A DNA stretch of 64,000 bases from a virus (lineage: Duplodnaviria; Heunggongvirae; Uroviricota; Caudoviricetes). The notes under the pieces are model-generated. The model worked only from the letters and a program-made list of their open reading frames with translations. It searched no databases and was not told where the DNA came from. Positions 47,346 through 56,386 of the stretch are shown in pieces. Each line of letters opens with the position of its first letter. Position 1 is the stretch's first letter. Location of the stretch: the IMG/VR virus record IMGVR_UViG_3300044796_000394; one strand, 5' to 3'. A program made the translations under genes and the position numbers.

Positions 47346-48038
47346 ATGATAGACAAACAACTGCAATTGATTTTGGAATGGAAAGATCCTGTCTGGACAC
47401 AAGACATGGTGTTGGCATTCCGATTGGGACAAATATACATGGAACTAGAGAAGAAATATTTCCCAACAGAAAGTAGGGCAAAATACCCGAAAAAAGGTGA
47501 TCCACGTACAAGCGAATTATTCCGTCTTTGTTACAAGATGGTGAATGATAACAAAGATAAGCTAAAACCGCAAGAATATCGTTTGTTCATGCAGGCGCAA
47601 TTGTCAATCCTGAAAAACATCAAAGCTGGCCCCGCAAGCCAATTGTTTTACGGCCCACGTTGCTTGATCGGTGATCCTGCTTGGGGACGTTGGGTGGTAT
47701 GGAGCAAATATGCCAAAGCCCAAAAGGTTGTTGAATCGTCGTCTCCTGAACCTGTTGAAAACTACACTGAAGACCTACTCAAGACAAAAACTCTTTTAGA
47801 AAACAAACTCAAACCCTTGAACAAAGATACGATGAATGCTGCGCTGGTCTCTGGTCAAATATTCCGATTAGCAATGTTGAAAGTCATTTCTCCAATATTT
47901 TTGCGGGCGTGCCCATTGGTGCAGAAATATATCTCATCCCATCCCGAAGTAAGTCGATTGTATGATGTTAAAATAACAGAACCACTTCCGAAAGAAGTGG
48001 TTCTAAAATATGACGAATTATTCGCTTGTTTGAATTAA
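47346..48038 (+). CDS. Hypothetical protein
   Basis: 230-aa ORF. Confidence 0.65.
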   Translation: MIDKQLQLILEWKDPVWTQDMVLAFRLGQIYMELEKKYFPTESRAKYPKKGDPRTSELFRLCYKMVNDNKDKLKPQEYRLFMQAQLSILKNIKAGPASQLFYGPRCLIGDPAWGRWVVWSKYAKAQKVVESSSPEPVENYTEDLLKTKTLLENKLKPLNKDTMNAALVSGQIFRLAMLKVISPIFLRACPLVQKYISSHPEVSRLYDVKITEPLPKEVVLKYDELFACLN

Positions 48039-48673
48039 AATGTATCAAAAAACTGAACATCAATCATTCTTTTGGCAATATATTTGACAACTTGTTTCTC
48101 GGCTTTTTTGGCGCTGGTAAACTTCATCAAAGTCGCCCATAAGTCTTCAATAGAGCTATACGTAATATGGGTTGCGTATTTGCTGCAATACAAATAAACA
48201 CCCTTGAACTTAAACACATATCTCGCATTGTTGTAACTGCGATATTTCTTAACGGCTTTATTCAATCGTTTGATAAACCGTTCTTTGGGGAACGGTTGCA
48301 TCTCTGGGAACAATTTAGTCAAACATTCATTGAAATTCGCTGGAATGATATTGGGTTCAAGTTTGCCACCTTCCATGAACTTTGCTTTTTCTTCTTCGGA
48401 ATAAGCGTCATGTTTGTGCTTTTCCCATAATATCATTCCACGAAGCTGGTCTTCTGTTACTTCTCTCTTTTCGTAGTATGCCAACAATTTATCGGCATTC
48501 CAATCTTTTCGAAAATCAGAATTGAGCGTGTGAGCCAACGAGTAATCAACTATTAACTGTTCTTGATATTCTTCTAGGCATTTTTTCAAAGTTTCAATTG
48601 CCTCTAATTCATTGTTTTCCATCGGTTCCTTCAAAAAGTGAATAGAAAGCGTGATGGAAGGTGAAAATTGCAT
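48035..48673 (-). CDS. Hypothetical protein (start probably at MENNEL)
   Basis: ORF convergent with 47346-48038. Confidence 0.55.
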   Translation of the reverse strand: MQFSPSITLSIHFLKEPMENNELEAIETLKKCLEEYQEQLIVDYSLAHTLNSDFRKDWNADKLLAYYEKREVTEDQLRGMILWEKHKHDAYSEEEKAKFMEGGKLEPNIIPANFNECLTKLFPEMQPFPKERFIKRLNKAVKKYRSYNNARYVFKFKGVYLYCSKYATHITYSSIEDLWATLMKFTSAKKAEKQVVKYIAKRMIDVQFFDTF

Positions 48674-49061
48674 TCACGCCATCAGCCGCTTCTTGTAAAT
48701 CTGTCACCCTCAATCCGTGCATCACCCACGATTCGGTTTGTTCACCGTGTTTATCGTACGTACGCAAAATACCGGCAAAATTACCATCGATTTCCAACAA
48801 GCGAATTTGAGACTTGCTTTCTAAAAATTTGGGGTCGGTGTAAGTCATGTTAACTTTTTCCCACACGACACAAACCGGTTTCCAAACTTTCTTGCCGTTT
48901 TCAACAACTTCCAATTGTTCAACAATCTTGACGGAGGGTCTTTCGTCAAGGTGTACGACTGTTTCTGGTAAAATACTCAAGTGATTCTTGTCGTAGATTT
49001 CGAACGTCTGAAATTCTACACCTTTAGCGAGAATCTTGTCTACTAGCCATTTATTTTTCAT
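48609..49061 (-). CDS. Hypothetical protein
   Basis: GGAG SD. Confidence 0.6.
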   Translation of the reverse strand: MKNKWLVDKILAKGVEFQTFEIYDKNHLSILPETVVHLDERPSVKIVEQLEVVENGKKVWKPVCVVWEKVNMTYTDPKFLESKSQIRLLEIDGNFAGILRTYDKHGEQTESWVMHGLRVTDLQEAADGVNAIFTFHHAFYSLFEGTDGKQ

Positions 49062-49070
49062 AATTGCTCC

Positions 49071-49874
49071 TTAGAAGTATTTTAGTGATGTAATCACAGT
49101 ATCGATAATTTCATCTTTGTCTTGCGTTGGTGTGAAGAACGCATCCAAATACGGAATATCAATTTCCCAATCGCCACCATCTTGTCCAATTGATACGGTG
49201 GACACAATCACGTGAATTAATCCACGTTTTTTATCGAAGTTAACATCTATTGTCGCTTCGGGTGTTTGTGTAACATTTCTAGTTCTACTTGCCAATTTTC
49301 CTACGCCCATGCCTCTAAGATTGAAATAAATGACGAAATAGTCTTTTCGTACTTCTTTGATGTCTTGAAAAATGTATAAATCGGGTGCGTGTGCCCTTAC
49401 TCTTGCGCTCATCCTCTTAGCCAGATTGATGACTTCGCATTTCTCGGTTGCTACTTCTAATTGATCAAAATAAATTTTTTCTACTTGCTTGAAAACGTCG
49501 TCCGCTACAAACTCTTCTTTCCCTGCGTAATCTTTCAATTTTGGTTTGAATACGTTTTTGAGAATCCAAGTCGACGTACCTTCTAGGTCGGTAATGCGTC
49601 TTTCAACGAAAATGGTGATATTTGGCGTTAATTTAACTCTTACGGCTCCGGCATCTTTGCCGCCCCATACGACTTGATCTAAAAATGCATGACTTGAACG
49701 TATGCGATTGCCGATTTTCTTGTGTGCGAGAGTCCCCATCAGCCATTCGACGCTAAAGGGCTTGACCGGCATTTCGTCTTCTGCCGTATCATCCTCTGCG
49801 GCTAATACTTTCTTAGCTTCAAGATCATCGAAGCCAAATATGTCGCTTTCAAAATAACTCTTAAATACACCCAT
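49071..49874 (-). CDS. Hypothetical protein
   Basis: 267-aa ORF preceded by GTAAATA. Confidence 0.7.
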   Translation of the reverse strand: MGVFKSYFESDIFGFDDLEAKKVLAAEDDTAEDEMPVKPFSVEWLMGTLAHKKIGNRIRSSHAFLDQVVWGGKDAGAVRVKLTPNITIFVERRITDLEGTSTWILKNVFKPKLKDYAGKEEFVADDVFKQVEKIYFDQLEVATEKCEVINLAKRMSARVRAHAPDLYIFQDIKEVRKDYFVIYFNLRGMGVGKLASRTRNVTQTPEATIDVNFDKKRGLIHVIVSTVSIGQDGGDWEIDIPYLDAFFTPTQDKDEIIDTVITSLKYF

Positions 49875-49929
49875 CCTATATATTTACTCCTAATGGTTCA
49901 TTTCTATGTACACATCGTAAAGGCTAAAA

Positions 49930-50214
49930 ATGAAATTCCGTGATTTTGTAAGGTTAAAAGAAGGCGTTGATTTATCAGACATCCGTGATATGATTTTGAG
50001 AGCGATAGGCGGCAACCCCGAAAGTCACGAGGCGTTTAATGCTCCGCTCACTCAGTTTGTAGAACCGGGGGATTTGGTCAACCGACTTAATTCACTAAAG
50101 GGACTCGCTGACCTAATCAAAGATAATGCTTCGGCAATTGATGCGATACAGAACGCACAGACCAACAATTTAACTGTTGGACAATTGGCCGTGATTTTGA
50201 CACGACAAGGATAA
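49930..50214 (+). CDS. Hypothetical protein
   Basis: MKFRDFVRLKE start, a type of N-terminus common in large-phage proteins. Confidence 0.6.
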   Translation: MKFRDFVRLKEGVDLSDIRDMILRAIGGNPESHEAFNAPLTQFVEPGDLVNRLNSLKGLADLIKDNASAIDAIQNAQTNNLTVGQLAVILTRQG

Positions 50215-50217
50215 CAA

Positions 50218-50451
50218 ATGCTCAATTCCGAACTTTCATTGTACGAAGGTATGCACGTGAAAATTCAAGCGACTAATTATGGAATCGGACCTGAAACCAT
50301 TGTTAAGGGAAAGTTGCGGTTTTCGGGTTCTACAAAACGTTGGTTCGTTGAAAGAACGGGCGTCTACGCCAATTTTACGTCGATGGAAATCAGCAAAATT
50401 GATCTTTGGACTCCCCAATACGAAGTTGAGATATTAAAGGAGACTCACTAA
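50218..50451 (+). CDS. Small beta-barrel paralog 1 (Sm/Hfq-like, tentative)
   Basis: Shared pattern; ends YEVEILKE. Confidence 0.65.
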   Translation: MLNSELSLYEGMHVKIQATNYGIGPETIVKGKLRFSGSTKRWFVERTGVYANFTSMEISKIDLWTPQYEVEILKETH

Positions 50452-50669
50452 TGACCAATGCAGAATTGAAAATACTTCGCAATAAACGGGTCGAAGTTAA
50501 GTTTAGCGACCGAAGTAGTGCTGCCGGTACTACTCGCAAGGGTCTTTTGACGTACAATTATGATCGTGAGCGATGGATGGTCGGTTCAAAATCGTTCTAT
50601 CTCGACGACATTGAAACCGTTGTCAAAATACAGCCGTACGTAGTGGAGATTCTTGATGAAGCCAATTAG
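50451..50669 (+). CDS. Small beta-barrel paralog 2
   Basis: NKRVEV...KGLL...FYLDDIETVV...VVEILD. Confidence 0.7.
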   Translation: MTNAELKILRNKRVEVKFSDRSSAAGTTRKGLLTYNYDRERWMVGSKSFYLDDIETVVKIQPYVVEILDEAN

Positions 50670-50880
50670 CCTCAAACCATTTCTCAATAAGCGAGTTGAA
50701 ATTACGAGAATTCCATTAACGGTGGATGATCCTCGCACTGTTAGAGGCCGATTAAGCTACAAGAAGTCCGATCCTTATGGGTATTTTCGCATAGACAACA
50801 CAGCATATTGCTCGTTCCGAGTCACTTCTATCAAACTAGCACCGGCAATTAGCGTGGAGATTCTCGATGCTCAAGAGTGA
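50656..50880 (+). CDS. Small beta-barrel paralog 3
   Basis: FLNKRVEI...RGRL...SVEILD. Confidence 0.7.
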   Translation: MKPISLKPFLNKRVEITRIPLTVDDPRTVRGRLSYKKSDPYGYFRIDNTAYCSFRVTSIKLAPAISVEILDAQE

Positions 50881-51094
50881 GTTCAAGCCATATGTTGGCA
50901 AAAAAGTTATTCTCCATAGAGGCGTGTTCAATGGTGTCCAATTGCCGCCTTCTACTGGTGTAATAACTACCACAAAGATTCAACTTATCAATTATTATTA
51001 CATCAATGGAATGGCCTTTAATGTTTCCAATGTAACAAGTGTTGAAGTTGTCAAACCAAAGCTAACTGTGGAGATCCTTGATGTATACCAGTGA
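50867..51094 (+). CDS. Small beta-barrel paralog 4
   Basis: YVGKKVIL...TGVI...TVEILD. Confidence 0.7.
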   Translation: MLKSEFKPYVGKKVILHRGVFNGVQLPPSTGVITTTKIQLINYYYINGMAFNVSNVTSVEVVKPKLTVEILDVYQ

Positions 51095-51293
51095 AATAAT
51101 ACCCTACTTGAATAAAAAGGTAGCTATCGTTTGCTATAAATTTGGCATACCTATGAATTACACGGGCGTATTGACAATGAGCGACGACTCTTATGGCTAT
51201 TGTCACATTGATAAGTCTCCCCACTGCATCAAATACATCACTCAAATTAAGTTAAAATCATCCATCAAAGTAGAGATTCTCGATGTTGATTAA
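51081..51293 (+). CDS. Small beta-barrel paralog 5
   Basis: YLNKKVAI...TGVL...KVEILD. Confidence 0.7.
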   Translation: MYTSEIIPYLNKKVAIVCYKFGIPMNYTGVLTMSDDSYGYCHIDKSPHCIKYITQIKLKSSIKVEILDVD

Positions 51294-51531
51294 CGAAATT
51301 ATTCCTTTTAGCGGCCAAAAAGTCATAGTGACATGTATTAAGTATAAAGTTTCAGGTATCATGCAGCAACCTTACAAGCTTTATGGTACCGAATACGTTG
51401 TAGTACAAAAAGACAATTTGTTCCACTATAACTTGCGTTTAGGAAATATAGTTTCCATTGAACCACAACCATCAAAATACAAAGTGGAGATTTTAGATGA
51501 ATCTCAATACGCTGCCAATCAGCATAGTTAA
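51283..51531 (+). CDS. Small beta-barrel paralog 6
   Basis: FSGQKVIV...SGIM...KVEILD. Confidence 0.7.
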   Translation: MLINEIIPFSGQKVIVTCIKYKVSGIMQQPYKLYGTEYVVVQKDNLFHYNLRLGNIVSIEPQPSKYKVEILDESQYAANQHS

Positions 51532-52522
51532 CAAGATGGGAAAGAACCTTCATCAAAAAAAGGATCACCCATTACAAAAACTCCAAAAACGTATCACAAG
51601 TCTCTTCACAGACTTCAAAATCTTTGATCAAGTTTATCCAGTAGTATCGGTTGAGGATAACTTCGACCGCCTTTTGGTACCACACAATCACCCGTCACGC
51701 AGCCCTAGCGACACTTACTATCTGGACAATAAAGAAGTCCTTCGTACTCATACTTCAGCACACCAACACCAGTTGCTTCGCCGTGGAAACAAAAAGTTCC
51801 TAGTGGTGGGTGATGTTTACCGCAAGGATGAAATCGATAGGAACCATTATCCCGTCTTTCACCAGATTGAAGGCGTTTGCATCTATCCGGATGATGAGCG
51901 GGAAGTTGAAGAAAAACTCCATCATCATATTTACGATGTTATGAGTGATTTGTTCCCCAACATGCCAACACGTCGATTAAAAAGCAGTTTCCCCTTCACT
52001 CATCCGTCGTGGGAATACGAGGTTTTCTTTAAGCAGAACTGGTTAGAGATTTTGGGTTGTGGTATCATCCAGCCAGAAATTTTGAAATCTGCCGAAGTTA
52101 AAGGTAAAGGTTGGGCATTCGGCATGGGATTGGAACGCCTAGCGATGGCATTGTATGACATTCCCGATATTCGTTACTTCTGGTCAGATGATCCGAGAAC
52201 CACAGACCAGTTCAAGGATATGGGCGACGACTTCAAATTCAAACCGTACAGCCTCCATCCATCATGCTATAAGGATATTGCGTTTTGGCTTAAGGGGGAA
52301 TTTAATACGGGCGAATTCTTTCAAATGATACGTGATGAAGGCCAAGACCTTATCGAAAGAGTTGTCAAAACGGACACCTACACCAGAGAAGACGGCAAAA
52401 CAAGTATATGTTACCGTATCTTCTACTGCTCAATGGATAGGACGCTGACAAACGAAGAGATTGATACTATCCAATTCAGAATACGCAAAAGAATGAGCGA
52501 TTTTAACGTGGAGCTAAGATGA
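51497..52522 (+). CDS. Single-chain (organellar-type) phenylalanyl-tRNA synthetase: alpha catalytic core + FDX-ACB
   Basis: NLHQKKDHPL, LRTHTS, YRKDEID, FHQIEG, FPFTHPS, FGMGLERLAM, IPDIRYFW, C-terminal DIAFW...RTLTNEEI. Confidence 0.9.
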   Translation: MNLNTLPISIVNKMGKNLHQKKDHPLQKLQKRITSLFTDFKIFDQVYPVVSVEDNFDRLLVPHNHPSRSPSDTYYLDNKEVLRTHTSAHQHQLLRRGNKKFLVVGDVYRKDEIDRNHYPVFHQIEGVCIYPDDEREVEEKLHHHIYDVMSDLFPNMPTRRLKSSFPFTHPSWEYEVFFKQNWLEILGCGIIQPEILKSAEVKGKGWAFGMGLERLAMALYDIPDIRYFWSDDPRTTDQFKDMGDDFKFKPYSLHPSCYKDIAFWLKGEFNTGEFFQMIRDEGQDLIERVVKTDTYTREDGKTSICYRIFYCSMDRTLTNEEIDTIQFRIRKRMSDFNVELR

Positions 52523-52701
52523 ACTGCAAACTCTGCGATGGACTTGGCATGGTCGCCCGCCCCTATGACGAAACATTGGGGTTTTGGGAGGACTGCCCAT
52601 TATGCATCAAACCAGTTAAGGTTCAAAGGCCGCCTTATGGCTTGTTAATATTTTTCTTTGTCGTTATTGTTACGATTTTCTTGTACAGCATGGGGAAATG
52701 A
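52519..52701 (+). CDS. Small Zn-finger membrane protein
   Basis: CKLCDG...CPLC plus C-terminal hydrophobic helix. Confidence 0.6.
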   Translation: MNCKLCDGLGMVARPYDETLGFWEDCPLCIKPVKVQRPPYGLLIFFFVVIVTIFLYSMGK

Positions 52702-52934
52702 TCATGATCGATGCATTCGGCCAACCAATCGGCCTTATAACACTTTGCTGCCGAGGCACCAAAGGAAGCGGCGGCACGGTTTACAATGGAGGGGTGGTAA
52801 TTAAAGTGTTTGAGCAGACACACACAAGCCCAGACAGAGTTACTGTTGAAGTCAAACAAACAAGTGCTCGTCATGGAATAACGCCTTCAAACCCAATCCT
52901 TTACGCAAGTAATGTTGTTGTTTTACCGCAATAA
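52698..52934 (+). CDS. Small hypothetical protein
   Basis: ATGA overlap. Confidence 0.55.
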   Translation: MIMIDAFGQPIGLITLCCRGTKGSGGTVYNGGVVIKVFEQTHTSPDRVTVEVKQTSARHGITPSNPILYASNVVVLPQ

Positions 52935-52955
52935 TAAACATTAAGGTGTTTTACA

Positions 52956-54305
52956 ATGGAACTGCAAAACCTCCTTGGAAGCAACCAGTTTTTCTCTGGT
53001 GGCTTAGTGTTAATGGTGTTAGGTGGGCTACTCGCCTACTTCAGACACCTTCCAGCCAAGCTCTACGCCTTCTTTGAACGATTCTTCATCTTGAAGATTG
53101 ACATTCAAGACGAAGACGAAGCCTATCAATGGATGCAGGTTTGGCTTGCTGACAGGCTCAAACACGCACTTTCTATCTCCGTTATTACCAAACGAAAAAA
53201 CGAACTTCGAGACTTTTCCGAAGACGAGTACATCACCAAACCCAAGTCGCAAATCTACTTCGTTCCGGCAGTAGGTACCTACTTCTTCTGGTATAAGAAT
53301 AGGTTCGTTACACTTAACAGATCCCGTCAAGAGAATACCACCGGCGGAAACATGTTAAGTTCCACTGGTACTGGACTCACTAGCGCCAGAGCAAAAGAGT
53401 CCTTCACATTCAGAGTTTTTTCCCGCAACAAAGAGATTGCTACGTCGCTCATTACCGAAGCCCGTGACATGGCCGTACCAGAAGACGGCAAACTGGAAAT
53501 CCGTGTCGCTTCATGGGCACAATGGCGTACCGGTACCAGAATCAAACCGAGAGACTTGGAGTCTGTCATTTTGGCGGGCGATAAGGTCGTGGAAATCGCT
53601 GCGGTCATCAAGGAATTCTTGGATAGTCGTGACTGGTACGAAAAAGTCGGTGTTCCTTACCGTCTATCCTTCTTGTTCAAAGGCCCGCCCGGTAATGGCA
53701 AGACAACTGCCGCCAAAGCCTTGGGTGGCTACTTCGGCATGAACATCCACGTTCTCGTTTTATCTGATCCAGATTTGAACGACAACAAAATCACCGAGCT
53801 TCTCTCTAACGTACCCGAAGGCAGTATCGTATTGTTGGAGGATATTGATTGTGCTTTCAATCAACGTAATAGGGTTGGGAAAGATGGCGGCTTAACATTC
53901 AGCGGATTGTTAAATGCTATTGATGGTGTGGCGAGTAGTGAAGGTCGTATTCTCATTATGACGACTAATCACGTTGAGAATCTTGATTCTGCCCTCATCC
54001 GTCCCGGCAGAGCTGACAAACACTATACGTTCGGCAATGCTACGGGGGAACAGGCTACCAAGCTCTACAATCGTTTCTTCCCCGGCAACGTCAAGATGGG
54101 GGAAGAGTTTGGAAAATTGGTACCAAATGAAGTCTATAGTATGGCCGTACTTCAATGTTACTTGATGTCATATCGCCATCAACCGTATGAAGCGGTTGTT
54201 AACATTGCTAAAATTGCGGATATACAAGCGAACATGATTCCATTACCACCCGAATCACCGCCTGAACCTGACTCGGTGTCATTGTCGGAAAAATCGGAAG
54301 ACTAA
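52956..54305 (+). CDS. BCS1-like AAA+ ATPase
   Basis: N-terminal TM + BCS1_N-like region; GVPYRLSFLFKGPPGNGKT, LLEDID, LTFSGLLNAIDG, LIRPGRAD. Confidence 0.88.
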   Translation: MELQNLLGSNQFFSGGLVLMVLGGLLAYFRHLPAKLYAFFERFFILKIDIQDEDEAYQWMQVWLADRLKHALSISVITKRKNELRDFSEDEYITKPKSQIYFVPAVGTYFFWYKNRFVTLNRSRQENTTGGNMLSSTGTGLTSARAKESFTFRVFSRNKEIATSLITEARDMAVPEDGKLEIRVASWAQWRTGTRIKPRDLESVILAGDKVVEIAAVIKEFLDSRDWYEKVGVPYRLSFLFKGPPGNGKTTAAKALGGYFGMNIHVLVLSDPDLNDNKITELLSNVPEGSIVLLEDIDCAFNQRNRVGKDGGLTFSGLLNAIDGVASSEGRILIMTTNHVENLDSALIRPGRADKHYTFGNATGEQATKLYNRFFPGNVKMGEEFGKLVPNEVYSMAVLQCYLMSYRHQPYEAVVNIAKIADIQANMIPLPPESPPEPDSVSLSEKSED

Positions 54306-55326
54306 TGAGTTTGTCTTTTAAGTCGAAAGCAACCGGGGTATGAGTACCCATATACATTGTCGTGCTTCCGATGAGGTTTGGATAATGGTATCCGTAAGCG
54401 ATACTGTTTTTGTTAAGATCACTCGCTAACTGATTTCTTTCTTCGAGGGATTCACATTTGAATTCGTAGAGGTGATAAATGTGTCGGCTATTGGGTTGTT
54501 GGACAGGACAACGCCCAATGCCGAATATTTCATTGTACAAGTTGGCAATCGCACGTCTTCTATCATTCCAATTATCCAATCTGTCCAGCGCATGAAAGAG
54601 TTGCGCAGCCACGATACTGTCTAATCGATAATTCCCGCCAAGACAAATATGCTCGTATTTTTCAATGCTGCCCTGATTGGCAATAATGCGAATTCTTTTT
54701 GCTAATGCTGAATCGTTGGTGATAACAGCACCACCTTGACCGCAACCGCCAAGGTTTTTCGCTGGATAGAACGAAGTTGATGCTGCGTGAGAGTAATATC
54801 CTACCGACTTCTTTTGGTACGTTGCGCCAATGGATTGCGCCGCATCCTCCAACAGATAAACCTTATGTTTCTGGCAAAGTTCGTACAGTGCTTCCATGTT
54901 CGGCATTTGGCCATACAAGTTAACTGCTAAGACTGCTTTGATATGATGTCGTTTGTTATTCTTGAGTTTTTCTTCTACGGCATCGTAATCAATGAGATAG
55001 GTGTAAGGATTGACATCAACTAGGACTGGTTTGGCTCCGGCTCTTGATACACCGAATGCCGAAGCGATAAACGAATTATTAGGGACTATGACAGAATCAC
55101 CCTTACCTATGTCCAAACCCTCGCAAATCAATTGTATCGCATCTGTACCGTTACTGACGCCGACTACGTGATCGATGTCTAAATAGTTTGCTAAGGATCT
55201 TTCAAATCTATCTAGGAAATGTCCACCAACGTAACTTCCGTGTCTCAAAACGTGTAAAACATCACGCTCTACACCATCGGCAATTTCAGCGTGTTGTCCG
55301 GATAGGTCTACAAAAGGTACGCTCAT
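54208..55326 (-). CDS. DegT/DnrJ/EryC1/StrS PLP aminotransferase
   Basis: VPFVDL, GVSNGTDA, EDAAQSIG, SFYPAKNLG, NYRLD. Confidence 0.92.
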   Translation of the reverse strand: MSVPFVDLSGQHAEIADGVERDVLHVLRHGSYVGGHFLDRFERSLANYLDIDHVVGVSNGTDAIQLICEGLDIGKGDSVIVPNNSFIASAFGVSRAGAKPVLVDVNPYTYLIDYDAVEEKLKNNKRHHIKAVLAVNLYGQMPNMEALYELCQKHKVYLLEDAAQSIGATYQKKSVGYYSHAASTSFYPAKNLGGCGQGGAVITNDSALAKRIRIIANQGSIEKYEHICLGGNYRLDSIVAAQLFHALDRLDNWNDRRRAIANLYNEIFGIGRCPVQQPNSRHIYHLYEFKCESLEERNQLASDLNKNSIAYGYHYPNLIGSTTMYMGTHTPVAFDLKDKLISLPIFPTMTPSQVQAVIRVVMESCSLVYPQF

Positions 55327-56261
55327 GTTTTTGCTTCTTTACTGTAAGTATCCTCTATTATTTTGACGACTTCCGCACCGACTTGTCCGTTGGATATGAA
55401 GGGTGTGTTATTGTTTAACGAGTCACGGAATTCTTCAAAGAGAACTTGGAGTGGTTCACGGCACTCGCCTTGGTATTCTGACACCCAATTGAACGAATGC
55501 AGCCAAGCTTTTTCGCTTTTGGATGCTTTCTTGTCGTAAATTTTGATTGGTTTATCGGCCAACATATCGTACTCGATCATACCTTCCGTTCCGATAACGG
55601 TTGTAGTTCTCACTTTTTTCGGGTATAACCAACTCATGCTGATAGCGTAAGTGGAATCCTTATACTTGAGTTCTACTGCCGCCGTATCTATCACGTTCTT
55701 ATCTAAGTGTCGCAAAAATTTAACTGATTCGACAGTTGGTATATCGTTCATTAGATAATTAGCCATTGCGATGTCGTGGGGCATCAAATCCCAGACTACC
55801 CCGCTATCCTGAAACTTGCCCAAGTTCTGACGGAAGCTATCAATGCGGAGTACTTTTCCGATCTTGCCTTGTTCAATCAATGCTCTAATGGTTCTAATAT
55901 GATCAGAAAATAAAAATGTATGGTCGACGCCGATTTTTATGTTATAATCCTTAGATGCTTGATTGAGTAATACAGCTTCTTCGGAATTAACCGTCATCGG
56001 CTTTTCAATAAGAACGTGTTTATGGGCTTTGATAGCCTCCATTGCCAGATCGTAATGGGTACTCGGCGGCGTTGCGATCACAACGACATCGCAATACGTC
56101 CAAGCATCTGATAATTTGTTGAAGGTTGGAATTGGTACATCTGAACGCTCGGCGTCGATATCGACACGTGCTGTCAGTTTGATGCCATCAACTTTGGAAA
56201 TGGCACGAACGAGATTTTGTGCCCAATAACCTTTGAACCCAACCAAGCATATATTGATCAT
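55323..56261 (-). CDS. Gfo/Idh/MocA NAD-dependent oxidoreductase
   Basis: VIATPPSTH, HVLIEKPM, WDLMPHDI. Confidence 0.9.
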   Translation of the reverse strand: MINICLVGFKGYWAQNLVRAISKVDGIKLTARVDIDAERSDVPIPTFNKLSDAWTYCDVVVIATPPSTHYDLAMEAIKAHKHVLIEKPMTVNSEEAVLLNQASKDYNIKIGVDHTFLFSDHIRTIRALIEQGKIGKVLRIDSFRQNLGKFQDSGVVWDLMPHDIAMANYLMNDIPTVESVKFLRHLDKNVIDTAAVELKYKDSTYAISMSWLYPKKVRTTTVIGTEGMIEYDMLADKPIKIYDKKASKSEKAWLHSFNWVSEYQGECREPLQVLFEEFRDSLNNNTPFISNGQVGAEVVKIIEDTYSKEAKT

Positions 56262-56386
56262 TTAATAATCTAATGAAATTACGAAAATTATTTTATCAAG
56301 TTTCAACTTTTGAGTCGTTCGTTCCGTAATACTATTGTGAACAAATCGTTCGCATAACATTACAAACTTTATAGGAAACCATACAA

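Larger units (their letters stand above)
50643..51499 (+). repeat. Five copies of a 16-nt junction GT(G/A)GAGAT(T/C)(C/T)T(T/C/A)GATG
   Basis: At 50643, 50854, 51068, 51270 and 51484; each ends in the ATG of the next gene. Confidence 0.92.

Noticed and set aside
50643-51499. CRISPR array from the repeated 16-nt junction
   Set aside because: Repeats are short and degenerate, spacing is ~200 nt of coding sequence, and there are no cas genes
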